Shown piece by piece: positions 57,969-64,000 of a stretch of DNA of 64,000 bases; positions within the stretch are counted from its first letter, which is position 1, and each line of letters starts with the position of its first letter. The DNA is taken from NCBI GenBank assembly GCA_964645795.1, contig CAZYCL010000002.1:208352-272351 (forward strand), written 5' to 3'. Both the position numbers and the translations under genes were made by a program. The stretch is from an uncultured Planctomycetales bacterium (GTDB taxonomy: Bacteria; Omnitrophota; Gorgyraeia; Gygaellales; Profunditerraquicolaceae). Under the pieces are notes generated by a model that ran no database searches, had not been told where the DNA came from, and worked only from the letters and a program-made list of their open reading frames with translations.

Positions 57969-58853
57969 TTAGTATCCGGCTGTACGCATCTTGTTTGAAA
58001 GGCGGTACTGTATAAAAGAAGCCGCCATTAATATCGCACCGAAACTGATGCCCTGGGCGCAGGCATAACCGAAACGCGATGAGCCGCGCATGGAAGCCAG
58101 GATCCTTAAGACCGGCACCTGCGTGTGATACGCCGGGCCGCCGTCGGTCATGGCGATGATCAGGACAAAAGCCTGCATGCTCCCCAGGACCGTGAGGATC
58201 CCCACCAATACCACCACAGGCACCATAAGGGGAAGGGTGATCTTTTTAAAAGAATGCCAGGCGCTTGCCCCGTCCACGCGCGCCGCCTCATAAAGTTCGC
58301 GCGGTATGGTCTGCAGGCCGGCCAGGAAGATCAGGAATCCCCAGCCAAAACCCTTCCAGGAGTGCACGATAGCTACGCAAGGCAGGGCGGTCCGGGGGTC
58401 GGACAACCAGTTCCTGGCCAGGTCCCCCAGGCCCAACTGCACCAGCCAATGATTCAGGAGCCCGTAATTGCCGTCGAGCATCCACTGCCAGACCAGGCCC
58501 ACCACCACCTCCGATAACACCGGCGGGATGAAGAACATGAGCCGGTAAAAGTTCTTGAGCCTTATTTCGCGGTCGCAGGCCCAGGCCAGCATAAACGCCA
58601 GGACGTTCTGAAAAGTAAGCGCCACCAGGGTGATGTATCCGGCGTTAGCCATGGACTGCCACCAGATCTTATCTTCAAAAAATATTTCCTTAAAATTATC
58701 CAATCCCACAAATACCCTGGTAGGCAGTATCCCGTCCCATTGATACAGCCCCAATTGGAACACCCAGATAAAGGGGATGACGTAGAATAAGACAAAGATG
58801 ACCACCGCGGGCAGAATAAAAAGGTAATTTTCTAATGCCGGTTTAACTTTCAT
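57969..58853 (-). CDS. ABC sugar transporter permease (MalF-like).
   Basis: 6 TM helices and an EAA motif (EAARVDGASAWHSFKKITLPLMVP). Confidence 0.8.
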   Translation of the reverse strand: MKVKPALENYLFILPAVVIFVLFYVIPFIWVFQLGLYQWDGILPTRVFVGLDNFKEIFFEDKIWWQSMANAGYITLVALTFQNVLAFMLAWACDREIRLKNFYRLMFFIPPVLSEVVVGLVWQWMLDGNYGLLNHWLVQLGLGDLARNWLSDPRTALPCVAIVHSWKGFGWGFLIFLAGLQTIPRELYEAARVDGASAWHSFKKITLPLMVPVVVLVGILTVLGSMQAFVLIIAMTDGGPAYHTQVPVLRILASMRGSSRFGYACAQGISFGAILMAASFIQYRLSNKMRTAGY

Positions 58854-58875
58854 CTTACGATTTACGGATTACCGA

Positions 58876-60201
58876 TTACGAATTACGCTCCCTACCCATC
58901 TCTTTCTCTTTTACCTTCTGCGTCTCCTGCGCCACCTGTTCCGGGGTTTTATCTCCGATAATTATGGACTGTATCCCTTTATTGAAAGTTTCCAGGACCC
59001 GGGGGGATTCGGATAGATCCCAGATATTGGGGTGCGTGGCGCGCTCCATGTCGTCGGCAAACTGGCCGAGTATCGGATCGATCCCGGTTAGGGCATGTTT
59101 ATTTGCCGGGGGATTCAAAGTAGCTTGAGCTAAATACGCCTGCTGGTCGCGCTCAGTCAGCCATTTTAAGAATTTCACCGCTTCTTCCCTGTTCTTCGAT
59201 CCGGCGTTTACCATAAACGATGAGCCGCCGCCTCCCCAGATGCTTACCGGAAACTTCTTTGAGGCTTCAGGCGGCAGGATCGGCTCATAATCCAGGTCCG
59301 GATTCATGGCCTTATAGACATTTACGCACCAGGAGCCGTTAAAGGCAAAGACTGCCCGGCCGTTGGCAAAAAGCTGCTCTGCGGTTTTATTGACCATTGT
59401 AACGATACCGCCTGCCAAAAGCCCGCTGTCCTGCATCTCCTTAAAAAGCCTAAGCACCCTGATCCAGTCCGGATCGGTATAGGCGACCTCGCCTCTGATG
59501 GTAGCCAATACCTTGGCTTCTCCCATGATATTAAAGGCATAATTATTGGCTAGGCAGCCGATCATCCACGGCTCTCCCCAGCCGGAAACAAAACCAAGCA
59601 GCTTGGCATTCCTGGCTTTCTTGCCTATAGCCAGGAATTCCGCAAAAGTCACTGGCGGCTTATCCGGATTAAAGCCCAGCTTCCTGAATAAGTCTTTATT
59701 ATAAAGCATCTGGATGGTCATGATGTCGATCGGCACGCCGTAAATACCGGGGATAACCCCGTATTTATTGTCGGGGCCAAACTCATTTACCGCCAGGGCT
59801 TTGACAAAAAATCTATTCTTCCACTCACCTTCATTCTCCTCCATATGAGGAGTGATATTCAGGATGTGTCCGGCCTTGATGAAAGAAGCAAAATCCCTTT
59901 TCTCTGCGAGCAGTCCGAAGATATCAGGAAGGCTGGCGCCTTGCGCTGCAGCGCGCATCTTCTGAGAATAAGAATCGGATGGGGCGTAAAGCTCAAAGTG
60001 AACCTGTATGCCGGTTTGCGCTTTATACCTCCTGGCCAGCTCAAAGAACGCCCAGTCCCTGTCAGTCATCCAGTGCCAGACAGTGATACTGCCCTTTCCG
60101 GCATCTGCTTGCCTGCCGGAACAACCGCTGAGCGCCGATATGAATAACCCTAAGCAAAAGATGCCCAAGCTAAGCCGGCCAATGCCCGTCTTACGCCTCA
60201 T
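58876..60201 (-). CDS. ABC transporter extracellular solute-binding lipoprotein (family 1, sugar).
   Basis: Lipobox ALSGCSG and an SBP_bac_1-like fold. Preferred start M19 at 60201 (track 60255). Confidence 0.75.
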   Translation of the reverse strand: MRRKTGIGRLSLGIFCLGLFISALSGCSGRQADAGKGSITVWHWMTDRDWAFFELARRYKAQTGIQVHFELYAPSDSYSQKMRAAAQGASLPDIFGLLAEKRDFASFIKAGHILNITPHMEENEGEWKNRFFVKALAVNEFGPDNKYGVIPGIYGVPIDIMTIQMLYNKDLFRKLGFNPDKPPVTFAEFLAIGKKARNAKLLGFVSGWGEPWMIGCLANNYAFNIMGEAKVLATIRGEVAYTDPDWIRVLRLFKEMQDSGLLAGGIVTMVNKTAEQLFANGRAVFAFNGSWCVNVYKAMNPDLDYEPILPPEASKKFPVSIWGGGGSSFMVNAGSKNREEAVKFLKWLTERDQQAYLAQATLNPPANKHALTGIDPILGQFADDMERATHPNIWDLSESPRVLETFNKGIQSIIIGDKTPEQVAQETQKVKEKEMGRERNS

Positions 60202-60411
60202 AAAATCCTCTTTCCGCCTGATTTTTAAAAAAGATATAGATAAAAAGTATAACATTTAATAAACCCTTTATCAAGTAGATTAAACTGCTCCCCAGGGTCG
60301 GAATTCCCTTGCCCGGGGTCAAAAAAGCACGTTTAACCTATATCTTTATATAATTAAAATATTGGTTAAATCTAACACAACTTAAAACCCAGGTCAAGAA
60401 TAAAATTCGGC

Positions 60412-61140
60412 CTAAATGGCGCGTAATATGCGCGAAACACCCATAAGGTCGGCCTTTTCCAGCTCCACTCCGGCCACGCACCTGTTATCCAGGCGCATCA
60501 TTGACCAGACTACCTTGCCCCTGGTGTAAAAAGGCTCCTGATTGTCAGGAAGCGTCAGCCACATCTCCAAAGGGGTCATGGCCGGTAAGGCCTGCTCTGC
60601 AACCAGCCCTATGCCTTTGGCGCTGATGTCAAAGGTCTCAGCCCTTCTCTGGCGCATATCCCCTTCACAGAGTAGATCCATGGAAAAGCGCGCCGGGAAC
60701 CTCTCAAATATCCTGCGGTCGTTCATCTTATTCACCTCCTCTCTTAATATTCTGTTGCCGTTGCCCCAAACATCGTTGGGATTTTTACCGCTGCTGCCAC
60801 GGAAGAAATCGCTTATCTTCTGCTTGTCCTCTTCCTTGATCTTGTTGAAATACACGCCGTATATATGCTGGTTTTCAAAGTTCTTATGCCAGGCTATCCA
60901 GACTTCCAGATTAAGCGAGCTATCATCCGGCAGGATAACAAACAAAGGGATCGAGCTGTCCGGTTTAAGCAGCTGGCGCATAAGCAGCTTTGCCCCTTTA
61001 AAGTTGATATCAATTATGGTCGCGGGTACCGGCGTCAGCGAATCACCGATCTTTACCTTGACCTGCGCGTTGACCTTCCATCTGGGACAGCTCCTATGGT
61101 TCTGGTTGTGCATCTTAGCCTCCTCCTCCGCTCTTCCCAA
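60412..61140 (-). CDS. Tandem PilZ-domain protein (putative c-di-GMP receptor).
   Basis: Two RxxxR...D(I/x)SxxG-type motifs: RSCPR..DINFKG and RRIFER..DISAKG. The start overlaps the upstream gene by 26 nt, with an alternative M10 start. Confidence 0.6.
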   Translation of the reverse strand: MGRAEEEAKMHNQNHRSCPRWKVNAQVKVKIGDSLTPVPATIIDINFKGAKLLMRQLLKPDSSIPLFVILPDDSSLNLEVWIAWHKNFENQHIYGVYFNKIKEEDKQKISDFFRGSSGKNPNDVWGNGNRILREEVNKMNDRRIFERFPARFSMDLLCEGDMRQRRAETFDISAKGIGLVAEQALPAMTPLEMWLTLPDNQEPFYTRGKVVWSMMRLDNRCVAGVELEKADLMGVSRILRAI

Positions 61141-63979
61141 AACCTATTGGGAATAAAGAGGTTCTGTGAATATTATCGGTAATATACGGGTTTACTCTAT
61201 TAGTAAATGGCGCCTGCCAGAGATACGCCAGGCACCTGGGGTCCAGTAAAGGGTCATCAAATAATGCAGGGATATTCGAACTGCCGGTATTTACCGCCGC
61301 GCCAAGCTCCAACGGCGAACTGGAGGAGGGATCCGTAATCCGTAAATCGTAATCCGTAATCGGGAATCCTGATACTCTATCAACTGCGATCTCTGAACTA
61401 GAGACTGAAGACACTGGCGAGCTGGCATTGACTTCATTTTTATTCGTACCATCTGAATTAATCAGATATCTTAATGGCTCCAGGGAAGAGAAAAATAGCG
61501 ATACGTAAGCTGCTTTCAAATCCTTAAAAATATGCCTGTAATCGGATAAATGATTCCTGGCTGCGCGCTGCCGTCTGTTTATTATCCTCTTGATCTGCCT
61601 TCTGTCCTTTGAGCGGACAAACTTGAGCGATTCATCGATCTGTAAAACTGCCTCCCATATTGCAGAACGGGCAGCTAAGGAGGATATTGATGCTCCGCGG
61701 TAATTTCTGGGTTTTTTGACTTCTGAATATAGGACCGCCTCCCAATAAGCAAACCTTTGTTTTGCGCTAGAAGCGGATAATCCGCGCTGCAGCCAAAGCT
61801 GGCTTAATGCCCAGGCTACTGCTGCTGCGCGCACCTCCAATGCCTCTTGGAAGATCATTAGATCAAGCTGAGTACGAGTAAGGAACGGTGAGATATCAAA
61901 CGGCGGAAAAGAAAAGCGGCTATCATCAACCAGAAAGCCGTTTTTCAGGGCAGCGAATAAAACCGGCTCCTGGGCAGGAGTGATTTCGAAGAAAGATAAG
62001 AATAATTCCCCGAAGCAAGATTGTATTGAATGGGCGAACTCCTCAAAATACCAGTTATTCAGCAATTTTTCGCTTGCTTCATAACTGATATTTGTAACGT
62101 CGACAAAGATATACGGCTGCCCTGACGGAGTATTAATCGTAAAAATAGGGTGAAACCCGGCCCCAAGGAAGAATCCTCCCTTAAATAATATCTGCGGACG
62201 GACAGAAAATCCGAATTCCCTCTCGAACAAATCACAGAAACTATCGTTTATATTCTTGAGGTCATCAAGGCGCTCTATATCCCATCCATTTCTGATCATC
62301 GCACTCGCAGTACGTTCATTTATGTCATATCTTTTCATAAGCGTATCTATCTTTGATGCCTTCTCTACCGGAGAGCTGGCAGGCGGCCAGGTTTTTAAGA
62401 AACTAAAACGTTTTGTAGGATTTGAAAGTACCAATAAATCCGGGTTCTGTGTTTCCAAATTTTTGAAGAATTGCTCAACTTCTTGTTGCGTTACTTCTTT
62501 GCGGTTTTGGATTCTTTGGAAATATTTATTGGCAGCTTGATACAATGTAGCGTTATTTAATGGCCCGATAGCATCGCTAATCCTCTGCCAAGCTATGGCA
62601 TTCTGCGGATTTATTTCTACGATATTTCTGTACGCATTCAATGTTCCCTTGGCATCATGCGCCATATACAACCTGCCAGCTAAATTCTGCCAGGAAGATA
62701 AAAATCCAGGGTATTCTTCTACTGATTTCTTGCAAAGCTCTATACATAAACCCCTTTGGCCCGTAATATCAACTACAATCCCAAGATTATTGTATAAAAA
62801 TGATTTGATTCCTCTTTCAAAATCCGTAAAACTAATATTGTCGTAAACACCTTTCTTTGTATTTGAAAATTGCTTTGTAAATGCAATATTATTAGTCAAC
62901 GCTGCCTCCACCTCTCCTGTCTTTAAATACCCTCCTAAATATTGGTCTCCCGGAGTATATTCCGCATCAACGAGGTGATATGATTCGCTCATCCTTGCCA
63001 GAAGGGCAACGTGATCGTATGCGACTTCCTTGCCATCCTCACCTACATTTTTTACTTCGATAAACACGCTGTATACATCAAAACCATATTTTCTTAAAAT
63101 CCTTCCACACATATACGTTTTAATGGCACAACGCATATGTTTGTATTTAACGATATCTGTTGCTTTTATGCGTACGTAGTTTATAAAAGCCTTTGCATCA
63201 ATACCTGACTCCCTGGCCATCTCTGTCAATGTAGCTTCTTCTAAATCCTTTTGAGTATATTGGCTTACTTTTCGTTGCACAAACTGTACGATCTTTTCTT
63301 CCAATTTCAAACCGCTATGCTTTCTCTTAAGCGCAGCCACTTCTTCATCTATCTCATCCATCAACTTCTTTGTTCCGCCGACTCCGGTCTTTATGCTTTC
63401 TACGATCTGCCCGCCCTGCTCTATCATCCAAAGATAAAGCTCTTGAACCGGTCTTTCTATTTCAAATTCAATGTCTTTTAATAAATCACTGAATATGTTT
63501 ACGGCTTTTCTTTCATCGGCTCCGGATAAGTTATTTATCCAGTTGTCATCTATATTCAGCCAACTCTGCGCCACTTCGCGCTGTGTATTTGTAAGACTGA
63601 TTTTCCCTCTTAACTCTATCAGATTCCTGATCCCCTCTATTATGTCTTTTAATACACGGGCATAATCCGAGTTACCTTTATTGCGTAATTGGCTTTCTAC
63701 CTCTTCCAGATACCCAACCGCATACTTGAAATAATGGAGCGAATTTTCAACCGGAATAACTTTTTGTTTTCCAAAAATCCTGCCCTGGCTTATCTTCTTT
63801 AACATGTTGATCAACTCAACAAAAGATATATCGTTTGCTATTTTGATTGTCTTGTTTGTATCGACAGTGAGCTTGCTTGTCCCAAACACTACAGAAGTGA
63901 TGCGTTTATTCACCTCAATTTCCTCGTATGGCTTTCTGATATCGCCGCGGTTTACTATCTGGAAATCCACAGTTGTCAT
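61115..63979 (-). CDS. Large (954 aa) hypothetical protein with a transglutaminase-like (papain-fold Cys-His-Asp) core and a Ser/Gly-rich C-terminus.
   Basis: YMCGRILRKYGFDVYSV ... AYDHVALLARM ... YHLVDAEYTP has the spacing of a Transglut_core C/H/D triad. AT-rich coding sequence. No other domain recognised. Confidence 0.5.
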   Translation of the reverse strand: MTTVDFQIVNRGDIRKPYEEIEVNKRITSVVFGTSKLTVDTNKTIKIANDISFVELINMLKKISQGRIFGKQKVIPVENSLHYFKYAVGYLEEVESQLRNKGNSDYARVLKDIIEGIRNLIELRGKISLTNTQREVAQSWLNIDDNWINNLSGADERKAVNIFSDLLKDIEFEIERPVQELYLWMIEQGGQIVESIKTGVGGTKKLMDEIDEEVAALKRKHSGLKLEEKIVQFVQRKVSQYTQKDLEEATLTEMARESGIDAKAFINYVRIKATDIVKYKHMRCAIKTYMCGRILRKYGFDVYSVFIEVKNVGEDGKEVAYDHVALLARMSESYHLVDAEYTPGDQYLGGYLKTGEVEAALTNNIAFTKQFSNTKKGVYDNISFTDFERGIKSFLYNNLGIVVDITGQRGLCIELCKKSVEEYPGFLSSWQNLAGRLYMAHDAKGTLNAYRNIVEINPQNAIAWQRISDAIGPLNNATLYQAANKYFQRIQNRKEVTQQEVEQFFKNLETQNPDLLVLSNPTKRFSFLKTWPPASSPVEKASKIDTLMKRYDINERTASAMIRNGWDIERLDDLKNINDSFCDLFEREFGFSVRPQILFKGGFFLGAGFHPIFTINTPSGQPYIFVDVTNISYEASEKLLNNWYFEEFAHSIQSCFGELFLSFFEITPAQEPVLFAALKNGFLVDDSRFSFPPFDISPFLTRTQLDLMIFQEALEVRAAAVAWALSQLWLQRGLSASSAKQRFAYWEAVLYSEVKKPRNYRGASISSLAARSAIWEAVLQIDESLKFVRSKDRRQIKRIINRRQRAARNHLSDYRHIFKDLKAAYVSLFFSSLEPLRYLINSDGTNKNEVNASSPVSSVSSSEIAVDRVSGFPITDYDLRITDPSSSSPLELGAAVNTGSSNIPALFDDPLLDPRCLAYLWQAPFTNRVNPYITDNIHRTSLFPIGFGKSGGGG

Positions 63980-64000
63980 AACTTCAGCCAGACTTTTTAC

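Noticed and set aside
1-64000. CRISPR arrays, tRNA or rRNA genes
   Set aside because: No spaced direct-repeat arrays, T-loop GTTCGAATC-like motifs or rRNA-like segments were seen in any intergenic region.

Overview
This 64-kb window looks like a chromosomal segment from an anaerobic bacterium, possibly an uncultivated lineage, with roughly 55% GC. Nearly every gene is on the minus strand.

Blocks of known function, in order:
1. A trimeric NADH-linked, bifurcating-type [FeFe]-hydrogenase locus: HydG-like radical-SAM maturase (partial), TM1266-family hydrogenase regulator, NuoE-like subunit, HydA, HydB, small HndB-like ferredoxin and Rex.
2. A DUF192 protein, a K+-independent H+-pyrophosphatase and an ExbB/ExbD pair.
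3. A two-component and chemotaxis-like cluster: LuxR-type response regulator, CheW, Cache-domain chemoreceptor (MCP), an HD-GYP response regulator, two CheY-like receivers and a multi-PAS histidine kinase.
4. A large nitrogen-assimilation cluster: GltD, GltB, a Fis-like HTH protein, a B12-binding radical SAM protein, glutamine synthetase type III, GlnK and Amt.
5. A sigma factor, a GltB-like FMN protein and two tandem GAF-ANTAR antiterminators, followed by an aminotransferase, Lrp and NadE.
6. A DUF47-Pit phosphate pair, a QueG-like ferredoxin and MnmG.
7. An AT-rich REP-associated tyrosine transposase (RAYT) flanked by identical 37-bp REP palindromes.
8. B12-dependent class II ribonucleotide reductase NrdJ.
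9. A polysaccharide-utilisation-like locus: LacI, ROK, TPR proteins, two clan GH-A-like hydrolases, a tandem CBM-like protein, a GPH-family MFS transporter and an ABC sugar transporter.
10. An AT-rich terminal module: a tandem PilZ protein and a 954-aa protein with a transglutaminase-like Cys-His-Asp core.

Findings worth a second look:
- The REP/RAYT mobile system includes two dispersed REP copies and two ~108-bp MITE-like derivatives that share the REP termini.
- The HydA H-cluster L1 motif is non-canonical (TSCSSAW) and L2 carries a compensating extra Cys (MCC).
- The paired GAF-ANTAR regulators have a terminator in the 5' leader of the first one.
- A small Cys-rich ORF is unannotated.
- The AT-rich transglutaminase-like giant protein and the tandem PilZ protein look like a horizontally acquired pair.

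No CRISPR array, rRNA or tRNA was recognised.
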